Shown here one piece after another: positions 43,394 through 53,088 of a stretch of 64,000 nucleotides of DNA. Within the stretch, counting starts at the first letter, position 1. Each line of letters opens with the position of its first letter. The stretch is taken from IMG/VR virus record IMGVR_UViG_3300020578_005808, positions 1 to 64,000 of that record; one strand, written 5' to 3'. The translations under genes were made by a program, and so were the position numbers. Source of the DNA: a virus (lineage: Duplodnaviria; Caudoviricetes). The notes beneath the pieces were generated by a model. The model was given only the letters and a program-made list of their open reading frames with translations. It did not search any database and was not told the origin of the DNA.

Positions 43394-46300
43394 AATCTTG
43401 ATTTAATATTTGAACTGCTGAATCATTGTTAAAATCTTCAACATTTAAAGTTGGCATTGAAGACATTTTTTCTAAAGAAATTGTAATATCAAAAGTTGAT
43501 GTTTTTAATTGAGATGGTGTTTCTGTATCTATTTGCAATAGACTATTTCTTGGCAAAGAACCAAAAACAAAAGCTTTATCAGAATATAAATAATCGTCAA
43601 CGTAATATTTATTAATTACACTACTCTTAAATTTATTTTTTTGAGATGGCGTTAATCCGTAATCGAATGCTGTAGTTATTTCTCCTGTGTCACTCATTAC
43701 TAATTTTTCCTGCAATGCTGAGTAAAAAGTATATCCATAATTTAAAATAGGAGATTTCAATATACCTTTTTTAAATGCACACTTAACAAAAGAAAGTTCT
43801 TTAGTTTCTCCATTTTCTTGGAAAGTAAGCTTCACTGTAGAGTCTGGGTAAATTGTTTGAATAGACCAAATATCTTTATTAAAGTTAGATTCTAACCAAA
43901 AAGCATTTTGACTATCAGGTATCCAACAAAGAGAAGCTACTTCTCCGTATTTCAAAGATAAAGAAGAGCCTATATTACTAAAAATAAAATCTTTAAAACC
44001 GGCTAATTTATCAGAATTTTCAGTTTCAATAATAGTAAGATCAGCTAAACCCTCTTCGATTTGAGATTTGGGATCAGCGATAAAACCCTCCGGAATTTCT
44101 CTAACTACCTTAGAGACTCTAACATAATTTGGATAATCAATTTCGTACCAAAATGATTTTCCACCAATAAAAGATTGACCATTGTAATATGTCTTACCCA
44201 TGTAACGAACCGATCCAAAACTAATAGTAGAATCATTAATTTTATCGCCAAGAAAAAGATTATAAAATAAACCTTCGTTTATTTCAACCATGTATTCAGT
44301 TCCTTCTTTTATTCCGGGCAGCGTATAATAATTACTAGAAGGATCAAAGAATAAAAACTTGTAAATAGTTTCATGCCCAATTCCAAGCTCGTAGGCTAAT
44401 ATATTTTGCGGGCAATCGTTTGGAATTTCAGCTCCTTTATAATAGTTTTCAAAATTTAAAAATACAGTCTCAGTCTGATTGTTTTTAGAATATAATTTTA
44501 AATAAGATTGAGTTTGAACAAAATCAATATTAGAAACAGGTAAAATTTCTTGGTGTTGTTCGATCCCTAAAACAAGACTTACTTCCCTCTGAGTAGAAAT
44601 TAAAGTCTTAGGATTAAATACAGCATAGCATTCATCTTTATTTTTAGCTTTCTTCAGATATCTAAAAGAAGAATTATTAATAACCAAAACTGTATTATGG
44701 TATAAAGAAACATTATAATCAGGAGTTTTAACTAAAATATCGCTAGCTGTATTATTAACTAAAAATGTATTGTTAGAATAAGGGGTTAAAGAAACGGTAC
44801 TTTCTTGATTCGTTATTATATAATGCCCATGAGATGTTAATTTATAAGTAGGTTTTAGCAAAGCTACAGGAGATGAATACCAATCTCTAGAACCAAAATA
44901 AGATATAGTAGGAAAACTATATACAGACAAAGAATTTATAAAGTTAACTCCCGGAAGAAAATCTGGAGTTAAATTTGTTAAAAAGGAATGATTAAAATAG
45001 CAAGACGCAAATTTTCCTGAATGTAATGTTAATAAAACATCTGAAGCTATGTTATCGTTTTCATTTTCAATAATAGATAAACTTCTAACATCAATAGTCT
45101 GGCAAGAATCAACGAAAAGAGAAATATTTTTATCTAAAAGGAAATTGGTATTCTTATTTCTATAAGAAATATAAAATTTACTTGTTTGATGAGATTCGCA
45201 ATACTTAAATTTTAAAACTCCAGACTCTTTATATATTACAGCCAATCTTAAAGGATCTAAACTTAAAGAGTAAGTGGAGTCATCAAAATATATTTTTAAA
45301 ATCCCTAAAGTATTATTAAAAAAGAAAAATGAATCATTTATAATGTCGCATCCAGTTAATCTTAATTCACATTGATCAAAAACATAACCATTTTGATTTC
45401 TTATGGAAGATCCATAAATAAACAATTTAGAATTTGAATCATAAGTTTCTAAATCAAAAAGATTTAAAAAAGCATAATTTTGAGCACTTTCTATATCTAC
45501 TGGTGACCATAATCCATCTTTAGCTTTTAATAAAGAAAAAAATCTTTGACTTCTAATGTCAGATTGATAGTAATTTAATTTTAAATAAGAATTTTCAGCT
45601 GGTTTCGGAAAAGAAACATTTGCAATACCAACAAGCTGATCAGATTTTGGAACTTGCAAAATTTCAGATTCAATAAAATTAGTGCTAGCATTATATACTA
45701 TTGGATTTATTGTAAAAGAAGATCCATTAAAAGAAACTCTATTAAAAGGAGCTGAAGAAGAAGATAGTTTTAAAACAGAAGAATTATTGAATATAACAGA
45801 TAGAGGATAATTGCAGGAGTTATAAACGTAAAAATTTTGAAATTGTTTATTTTCAAAACTATCCAAAGAAATCTTGAAAGTATTCAAGTTTGGCAAATAA
45901 ACAAATTCATTTCCGCTTGTTACATTAGAACAAGATTCTAAAGAAATTCCTTTTAAATTTTTAAGTTCAGCAAAGCAATTTTGAACTTTGGGAAGAGCGA
46001 CCGTTTGTTTTTTCCACTCGTAATTAGCGCCATTTAAGTAAACGTAAAAAATGCAAACAGAATTTACCTCTGTTAAATTTGTATTTGTTGTCGTGTCTGA
46101 ATAGTTGTATATTTGATTTGGTGAATTTGTATTATTTTTAACCAAATTAACAAAAACGAATTTCTTGTCTTCTAAAAGTTCACCTAAGGTAAAACGATTT
46201 TCATTAACAGAAACAGAAGCTTTAAGATTAGGAAGATAAAAAGTAACGCATTCTCTATAAAAAGGAATTAATAATAAACCCCCTAAATCTTCAATATTAA

Positions 46301-49300
46301 TTTTTTGATATTTACCTTCGAAAAAAGAACCAATATCAACATGAGTTCTAGTAATAATATTTGGTTTTTTAGGTAAATCATTTGTTTTTCTTCTAGCAAA
46401 CTCATTTCCCCAAACATGTTCTTTTAATAATATCGTTTGATCATTCGATTCACCCCCAGAAGAACATTTCAAATATAAATAAAAATCATTTAAAATGTAT
46501 GAAATATTTTCAGAAATTTGTAAGTCAGGACCTTTTCTTCCAAAGCAAAATATAAATGGCTCACCTGAAGCTTCAGAATTAGTCTTGCTATCAATAGTTA
46601 AATCTTCGCCTAAATCAATAATTGAATAATTTAAATCGTCTAAATTAATAAAAGTTTTTTCAACTTTTTCTAGTGGCGTAAAAGCTTGAGTGATTGAATC
46701 AGAAATTGATTGAGATGATTTAGAATAACCTTGATTTTGCCATAATGATTTAAAAATATGATTCTCTTCAATCTCAAAATTTTGATTTTCATACGCTACA
46801 CTTAAACCTCCTTCGATTGGTATTTCTCCGTCAGAAGCAGGATTATAATTAGCATAGTTCCAAGTTGATGCTGATACTGAAAGTGTTTTATTATCATTAG
46901 GCTCTAGTGTAATAATTTTACCAGTAGATGAAATTAATTTTAAATCAATAGGTCTTGAACCAGAATTTAAAAATACAAATTTGCTAGCAATTCCATTGGC
47001 GTCAGGTAAAATTATTGAGTTAACATCTGTTGCGTAAGTAATTCGATAAAAATAAGAGTCTTCATTGTCAACATAATAATCTCTTGCTACTTCCTCTTTT
47101 GAAGAAGCAATAAAAAATTCTTCATTATTGTAAATAGGATTTGTTACTAAAGAATTATTTATAATTCTATTTTTACAAAGATCAACAGCTTCACTAGAAA
47201 GCCTTACTCGGTCATAAGAAAAATTAGCGCATAAATGACCAGCTTTTAATTCAGTAATAGTTTTTAATGCGTTATTTTGATTCTGCTCGTTAAATATTTG
47301 AATATCTCCATCTGTCTTGTCGAAAATTATGGACCCATCTGGAGAAGTTCCTTGATCAAATTTAAAATCAAAACTGTCTCCTTTATCGAATACTGGTGTT
47401 TCTTTATTCTCATCAAAAGAAAGAAGTTGCAGGTTTCTAGGAGTGCTACAAATTACTTTTCCATTATAAGATCCTTCTCGATTATAAAAATCAGAAACAG
47501 TTAAATTATTAAGCCCCGTATCTCTTATGTAAAAAACATCAAACTCATGAAAAGTTGAATCACTATCATAATAGCCAAAAACAGAAGAAGTTTTTTCTCC
47601 AAAAACACTATTCAAATTTATTTGATCAACTTCTAGACGAGCTAAAGTAGGAATTGTATCGGAAGAATTTTTTCTATAAAGTTTTAAAATCTTAGAGTTG
47701 CCTTTTATTAATTTATTTTCTAAAAGATCTTGATCTTGTTTAACTGCTATATTTTGAATTAAATTTGGCGCAAATCTGTTTTTATTAATTAAAAATGTTC
47801 CAGAGTCAGCAAAATTACTAGCGGCGGGAATTTCTAATTCAGTAGAACAAAATTTTAAATTTAATAAATTAATTCCAGATGCGCCAGTTAGATATATAGA
47901 GGGATCAATGTTAAAAAATAAATGATTATAAGCTTCAGAAATTTCGACAATCGATGCTCTACCGCTACCTTTTTCTAAAACAACTCTAGCTATTTTATTG
48001 TTAGCTAAAGAAAATACAGTTTGAGTTAAATTACGAGAAAACTCCAATGGAGTAGTTGATTTGTTGATAAAGTAAACAAAGGATGTAGATTTTAAAGCTG
48101 ATTCAATATATCCCACATCTATTTTTGAAGAAGGAGTTTTTACGACAATTAACTGTTCTTTATCATCAGTTATTACAGTCGAAAAATCATTTGAAGGGAA
48201 AAGAATTTTTTCACTGATTACCCCCTTCGAATCTTTAGTTATTGTTAATTTAAAATCTTCCGATCCCCTAGGTAAAAAATATTCATTTGTCCCATTTTTA
48301 ATTTTTAAATTTAAAGATCTATTAATTGAATCGTCTTTAAGAAAAAAGTATTCAACTGGTTGTTGATTAGAATTATCAGCTCCGAAATGAGAAATAATAA
48401 TTTCAGTATCATCTTTTAAAACAAAAATATTATTAGGTTCATTTTCAGTCCCTTTAAGAAAAACTTTTATTGAATCAAAATAATTTTTCTTATTTACTGT
48501 TGGAGCTGCGGCAGACCCATCCCAAGAAACTAAGTTGAAAGAATCAGCATCTAGATCAACATCTCCATTAATAGACAAAGGCTCTTTAGAAAAATTATAA
48601 ATTCCAAGATTTGAATAAGATTTTGGTTTTAATTCTAATAAAGAATGATTAAAATTGACCAAGTCTTCATCAGAACTTATATAAGAAACTTGACATTCTA
48701 CATTATTATAACTAGTGTTTTCGACAACCGTTGGATTATAAGATGAATTCCAGCCATTTGAAAAGTCGATCTTTTTAGTTTGATTAGCAGCGATACTAAT
48801 CGAAGCTGAGTTATAGCTTATAGTTATTGAACTAGAACTATCATTAATAATTGTAGCGGTAAAAGTTTTTAAAACCCCTAGAGAAAAATCTCCGGGATTA
48901 ACACTTGCGTTCGCTGTTAAATATAAAAATCCACCATCTTCAACTTCAGCAGTTAAACTAGGCAAACTTGAAATTGCAGAAGTAGTTTTTGAAGGATAAT
49001 TTGCTACAACACCTACATAATTAGATGAGATTGATGTTGATCCCCCATTAACAGAATCAGATAAAGAACAACTACTTGCTCCCGTATTAGCAACGTAAAA
49101 CTCTAAACCATCAAAAGCACTTGTAATAGAAGCAGATTTACCATCTGTAATAAAATAATAACCACTGTAATTAGAATTAATTGTAAAACCACTTTGTTTT
49201 GATTCTTTATTATCAAATTGTATTAATGAAGAATATGTAGCTCCAGCTAATAAATTATAACCGCTTTCGTAATTAGTATTTTGAATTGTATTAACTGTCA

Positions 49301-52300
49301 TTGGAAGATCTGTTCCATCATTTCCAATGGGATTATTGTTAAACAATGCGGAAGCATTAACAGAAGCTTCTTGAGTAGTTGGCAACGCCCCTGAAACTAT
49401 AATATTATAATATCCAGAACCATTTACCGGAAAGTTAGCCAATCCTAAATCAAAATACTGTTGTTTAACATTTGGTATAACAAAAGAAGTGTTATTGTTA
49501 ACCGTTTCTGTATTTAGCAATCGATAATTATTGCCACTATCTACTTGATAAATGTTAAAATATTTTGATTTATTATCCCAATTCCAATTTACTTGAATGG
49601 GTAAAAAATTAACTTTTCGGATAATATCAACAGTTTCAAAAGGAGAATGAAGTTTTTCGTATTTAAAAACTCTAAATTCGTAATCACTATCATCTAGAAA
49701 TCTTGAAAGATTAGTTCTAAAAGCTATTAAAGATAAATAATTTGGAGTTGAAGTATCTTTTAACTTGTAAGAATAAGGACTTAAAAAAGAAGAAACAGAC
49801 CCAATGGTTCCATTTGTCAATTCTTCAGAATTAGGCATTTCAGACCAAGAGTTGTTAGTTTTCTTTTTGTATTGTAATTTATATTCCCACCCATCATTTT
49901 GCTCTATCGAATAAGGAAATCCACTATCTCCTAAAATAACTAAATCTTTGACGTAAAAATTATACTTTACTTTAATTATTTTTAATCTTCTTGTTCTAGA
50001 AAAATTATTCACGCCGCCGACAATTAAATTTTCTTTAAATAAATTGCCATCGTCTTGAGTGAAATTTAAAATATAATCATTTTCTACCTCATAATTTGAT
50101 TTAGCTTCTTTAATAACTAACGTATTATTTAAAACTCCATCAGCAAAACTATTTACATCGCCTCCCTTAAGAGGTGTTCCTTCGTAATTTTTAGAAGTTG
50201 TAGGGCCATTAGGCAAGTTCAGCAAAATTTCCCCTATTGATTTTTTATCCTCTGGAGCATCTTGGAAAAATCTAGGAACAGTTAATCCAAATGAATCATT
50301 TGCACCATAATTATCATCATTAATAGGATTTTGTTTGTGAGTAAACCAGCTAGTAGACGAAATAGAAGGAATTGCTGAATAGTTGTATTTTTGTAAATTA
50401 AAAAATACTTTTGATTCATCAACTAAATTATTACTACCATCAACAACTGAAGTATCAATTGCTCTGTATTCTACACCATTGACTGTTATTAAATAAGTTT
50501 TATGTCCAAGACCTTTTTTAATAAATTTTAAAACAGCTGCTTTACTTAGTGAAGTAGATGCAGTTTCAGCGTTTTTAACATTAGCTTTTACTAAAGTTAA
50601 TAAATCTGTATTGAGAGTATATTCATATAAATGATAAGAATAATCTCTTTCATTTTGATCCGGTATAGAAATTGTATTATTTTGTAATCCATTCCAAGCA
50701 ACAAAATCAGACAACCCATTATAAGAGAAAGCGCTTCCAGTTACATACTCCAATCGATACATTTGATTAGCATTAAGCTTTGTATCTGTAGAGTATACTG
50801 TACCATAAGAATCTCCTGTTCCATATGTTAAAACGGAGTCTCCATTTGAGTTCGTTCTTGAAATAAAACTATCAAAAATTATGTTTTCCTGATAATCGTG
50901 AGACTTAAAGTAAAAAACACCCTTATCATCTCTTGCTGCAAAATCTTTATCAAAAACTTGAACTGCATATAATTTTTCCTGAGGAGTGTCAGATAATTCA
51001 ACATTAGCAAAAGAATTAAAACCTGTATCTAAAATATTATTTAATAAACCTATTTGATCTTTATCGTAACTTTCTACATAAATCTCTCTTTCTACAAAAA
51101 CAATTGGTGTTTTTTCCCCTTGAGGATCTTGAGAAATAAAATCTCCAGAACCTTTACTTACTAAACCATAAGCATTTCCTAAAGCTTTAGATAAAGCAAC
51201 TCGTCTTGCATTTACAGAATCAGTTGGGAAAATATCGCAAGATGAAATATAATTTTTTACATAATAATAATTTAAATTATCAGCCCATCGATCAGTAGTT
51301 ATATAATTAGATTTAGTAATAACTCCATTTGCAGGAATTGCTGTATCAATTCCATTCAAGAAATATATCCCATCGATATAAGGCATGCTAGCGTAAATAG
51401 CAGTATCCCCAACACACAGACCTGTTTTATTAATGTAAACACCACCGCAAGTAGAATTAACTATTGTTCTATAAAATTTATCATTATATTCGTCAATATA
51501 ATAGCCAAGCTGGCCATAACCATCTCCATAATAAATATAATTAATATTACTATTATAAGAATTTAAAGGCAAAGCTATGTAATTTTCTCCAGAATTTAAA
51601 TAGTTAGAGTAATAACTTTCTTCCACTGATTCTTTGGGCAATGGTAAAACAGGAAGAGTAAATTTTTCAATTATTCCCTGAGAATTAGAATTATTTAAAT
51701 CTTGAATTTCCTTATCATCAACCCATCTTCTTGTTACATCATCAGAATTTAAAGACCCTAAGCTTGGATTTGAGAATGGATCATCTTGTAAAAGTTGATT
51801 CATTAAATCTAATCTACTACTAACATCTTGCTTCAGATTTTTAACTAAATTACTTTCGTCGCCATAATCTACATTCGCCGCAGCTTCTTGAGCATATTCC
51901 TCGCTGTAAATTAAATCATCAACATTGGCTAATTCTAAAAGTTGATTTGTATTTAATTTTGAATAAGGCAGAACTCGGGGGTAAACTCCTGAATCTGTTG
52001 TAACATGATATACTATTGCTGAAGATCCGTTTCCTGTGTCAACTCCTGTTAAAAGGTAACCTATAACATCTGCCTTTGAAGTAGCGTTGTATCTATCTAG
52101 GCTAAAAGATAATCTATAAATATCAGAAAAATTTCCTGTTGGCAATATTCTAAAATTAAACTCATCTTCGTTATCTTTAACGCTTCTAAATAATTCTATT
52201 CCTGTAATTGTTGAATCATTAATTGGTCTTATTACAGATTGATTGTCTTCTAAATTATCAAAAACCCCTTTTGGAAAAACTAATTTATCTAAAGTATTAA

Positions 52301-53087
52301 ATTGATAAGAAACTCTAGAAGCAGCTACAGAAGAAACTTCATCTTGAAATTGAGAATAATCAATAAGTATTTTCCCATCTTCAGTAACCTCAGGAATATA
52401 ATAAGATCCAAGGGGATTGCTTTTTCTACAAATTCGATATTTTATTCTTGTTCCATCTTCTATCGTTACGGAAGGTTCAAAAAGAGAAATATTTTGAACC
52501 TCAGAATTATTTTCATCATCATATAAAAATTTATATCTTGTAGCGACCTCATTGGAATATCCAGAATATTGATAGTCATAATATCCATATTCTCTATCAG
52601 TATTATTCGAATTTACTGAAATATTTGTTTGAATCCAATCTTCCCCTGACAAATTTAAAACTTCATAATCACCAACAATAGACTTGGTTAAACCAGTAAT
52701 TTCTTGTTTTCTATATAATTTACCAGCGTTATCCATATCTGGCATTATAATTAATGGTTTATAACCACTTACAAAAGAAGTACTAATGTCTGCTGCTATT
52801 TGTGTATCTGCGTAATTTTCAACTCCTTTAGTTCCTGAAGTTAGAAAAAATCTAGCGTCAGGATATTTCCCATCAAAATTGTAAAAAGAAAATACTTTTC
52901 CAGTTATTACATAATCAACAGTGGTGATGTCTTGTATTATTGGTCTTGGATAAATATATCCATTAGGAGAGGAGTTAAGATTATCAAAAACTGTAGCCCA
53001 AAGGCCAAAAACATATAAATCAAAATCAACATTAGGATCGTTTAAAATTCCAGTAACAAAAGACTTATTTTGATCTAAAACACTCAT
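43386..53087 (-). CDS. Giant (3233 aa) probable tail/fibre protein with degenerate beta-sandwich repeats
   Basis: Uninterrupted 9.7-kb ORF; recurrent LP...[FY]xxN[ST]xxx[LI]x[IV] modules. Confidence 0.75.
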   Translation of the reverse strand: MSVLDQNKSFVTGILNDPNVDFDLYVFGLWATVFDNLNSSPNGYIYPRPIIQDITTVDYVITGKVFSFYNFDGKYPDARFFLTSGTKGVENYADTQIAADISTSFVSGYKPLIIMPDMDNAGKLYRKQEITGLTKSIVGDYEVLNLSGEDWIQTNISVNSNNTDREYGYYDYQYSGYSNEVATRYKFLYDDENNSEVQNISLFEPSVTIEDGTRIKYRICRKSNPLGSYYIPEVTEDGKILIDYSQFQDEVSSVAASRVSYQFNTLDKLVFPKGVFDNLEDNQSVIRPINDSTITGIELFRSVKDNEDEFNFRILPTGNFSDIYRLSFSLDRYNATSKADVIGYLLTGVDTGNGSSAIVYHVTTDSGVYPRVLPYSKLNTNQLLELANVDDLIYSEEYAQEAAANVDYGDESNLVKNLKQDVSSRLDLMNQLLQDDPFSNPSLGSLNSDDVTRRWVDDKEIQDLNNSNSQGIIEKFTLPVLPLPKESVEESYYSNYLNSGENYIALPLNSYNSNINYIYYGDGYGQLGYYIDEYNDKFYRTIVNSTCGGVYINKTGLCVGDTAIYASMPYIDGIYFLNGIDTAIPANGVITKSNYITTDRWADNLNYYYVKNYISSCDIFPTDSVNARRVALSKALGNAYGLVSKGSGDFISQDPQGEKTPIVFVEREIYVESYDKDQIGLLNNILDTGFNSFANVELSDTPQEKLYAVQVFDKDFAARDDKGVFYFKSHDYQENIIFDSFISRTNSNGDSVLTYGTGDSYGTVYSTDTKLNANQMYRLEYVTGSAFSYNGLSDFVAWNGLQNNTISIPDQNERDYSYHLYEYTLNTDLLTLVKANVKNAETASTSLSKAAVLKFIKKGLGHKTYLITVNGVEYRAIDTSVVDGSNNLVDESKVFFNLQKYNYSAIPSISSTSWFTHKQNPINDDNYGANDSFGLTVPRFFQDAPEDKKSIGEILLNLPNGPTTSKNYEGTPLKGGDVNSFADGVLNNTLVIKEAKSNYEVENDYILNFTQDDGNLFKENLIVGGVNNFSRTRRLKIIKVKYNFYVKDLVILGDSGFPYSIEQNDGWEYKLQYKKKTNNSWSEMPNSEELTNGTIGSVSSFLSPYSYKLKDTSTPNYLSLIAFRTNLSRFLDDSDYEFRVFKYEKLHSPFETVDIIRKVNFLPIQVNWNWDNKSKYFNIYQVDSGNNYRLLNTETVNNNTSFVIPNVKQQYFDLGLANFPVNGSGYYNIIVSGALPTTQEASVNASALFNNNPIGNDGTDLPMTVNTIQNTNYESGYNLLAGATYSSLIQFDNKESKQSGFTINSNYSGYYFITDGKSASITSAFDGLEFYVANTGASSCSLSDSVNGGSTSISSNYVGVVANYPSKTTSAISSLPSLTAEVEDGGFLYLTANASVNPGDFSLGVLKTFTATIINDSSSSITISYNSASISIAANQTKKIDFSNGWNSSYNPTVVENTSYNNVECQVSYISSDEDLVNFNHSLLELKPKSYSNLGIYNFSKEPLSINGDVDLDADSFNLVSWDGSAAAPTVNKKNYFDSIKVFLKGTENEPNNIFVLKDDTEIIISHFGADNSNQQPVEYFFLKDDSINRSLNLKIKNGTNEYFLPRGSEDFKLTITKDSKGVISEKILFPSNDFSTVITDDKEQLIVVKTPSSKIDVGYIESALKSTSFVYFINKSTTPLEFSRNLTQTVFSLANNKIARVVLEKGSGRASIVEISEAYNHLFFNIDPSIYLTGASGINLLNLKFCSTELEIPAASNFADSGTFLINKNRFAPNLIQNIAVKQDQDLLENKLIKGNSKILKLYRKNSSDTIPTLARLEVDQINLNSVFGEKTSSVFGYYDSDSTFHEFDVFYIRDTGLNNLTVSDFYNREGSYNGKVICSTPRNLQLLSFDENKETPVFDKGDSFDFKFDQGTSPDGSIIFDKTDGDIQIFNEQNQNNALKTITELKAGHLCANFSYDRVRLSSEAVDLCKNRIINNSLVTNPIYNNEEFFIASSKEEVARDYYVDNEDSYFYRITYATDVNSIILPDANGIASKFVFLNSGSRPIDLKLISSTGKIITLEPNDNKTLSVSASTWNYANYNPASDGEIPIEGGLSVAYENQNFEIEENHIFKSLWQNQGYSKSSQSISDSITQAFTPLEKVEKTFINLDDLNYSIIDLGEDLTIDSKTNSEASGEPFIFCFGRKGPDLQISENISYILNDFYLYLKCSSGGESNDQTILLKEHVWGNEFARRKTNDLPKKPNIITRTHVDIGSFFEGKYQKINIEDLGGLLLIPFYRECVTFYLPNLKASVSVNENRFTLGELLEDKKFVFVNLVKNNTNSPNQIYNYSDTTTNTNLTEVNSVCIFYVYLNGANYEWKKQTVALPKVQNCFAELKNLKGISLESCSNVTSGNEFVYLPNLNTFKISLDSFENKQFQNFYVYNSCNYPLSVIFNNSSVLKLSSSSAPFNRVSFNGSSFTINPIVYNASTNFIESEILQVPKSDQLVGIANVSFPKPAENSYLKLNYYQSDIRSQRFFSLLKAKDGLWSPVDIESAQNYAFLNLFDLETYDSNSKLFIYGSSIRNQNGYVFDQCELRLTGCDIINDSFFFFNNTLGILKIYFDDSTYSLSLDPLRLAVIYKESGVLKFKYCESHQTSKFYISYRNKNTNFLLDKNISLFVDSCQTIDVRSLSIIENENDNIASDVLLTLHSGKFASCYFNHSFLTNLTPDFLPGVNFINSLSVYSFPTISYFGSRDWYSSPVALLKPTYKLTSHGHYIITNQESTVSLTPYSNNTFLVNNTASDILVKTPDYNVSLYHNTVLVINNSSFRYLKKAKNKDECYAVFNPKTLISTQREVSLVLGIEQHQEILPVSNIDFVQTQSYLKLYSKNNQTETVFLNFENYYKGAEIPNDCPQNILAYELGIGHETIYKFLFFDPSSNYYTLPGIKEGTEYMVEINEGLFYNLFLGDKINDSTISFGSVRYMGKTYYNGQSFIGGKSFWYEIDYPNYVRVSKVVREIPEGFIADPKSQIEEGLADLTIIETENSDKLAGFKDFIFSNIGSSLSLKYGEVASLCWIPDSQNAFWLESNFNKDIWSIQTIYPDSTVKLTFQENGETKELSFVKCAFKKGILKSPILNYGYTFYSALQEKLVMSDTGEITTAFDYGLTPSQKNKFKSSVINKYYVDDYLYSDKAFVFGSLPRNSLLQIDTETPSQLKTSTFDITISLEKMSSMPTLNVEDFNNDSAVQILNQDYE

Positions 53088-53088
53088 G

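Noticed and set aside
5366-52526. Remaining short ORFs in the track nested in or antisense to long genes (for example 5366, 8962, 11685, 13476, 15333, 17976, 18973, 19226, 19965, 20414, 23689, 25735, 26786, 32063, 32657, 32927, 33861, 34225, 35451, 37235, 38152, 42399, 47277, 52302)
   Set aside because: Wholly or almost wholly overlapping well-supported CDSs, low-complexity shadow translations, no motifs; 57219..57410 is rejected likewise
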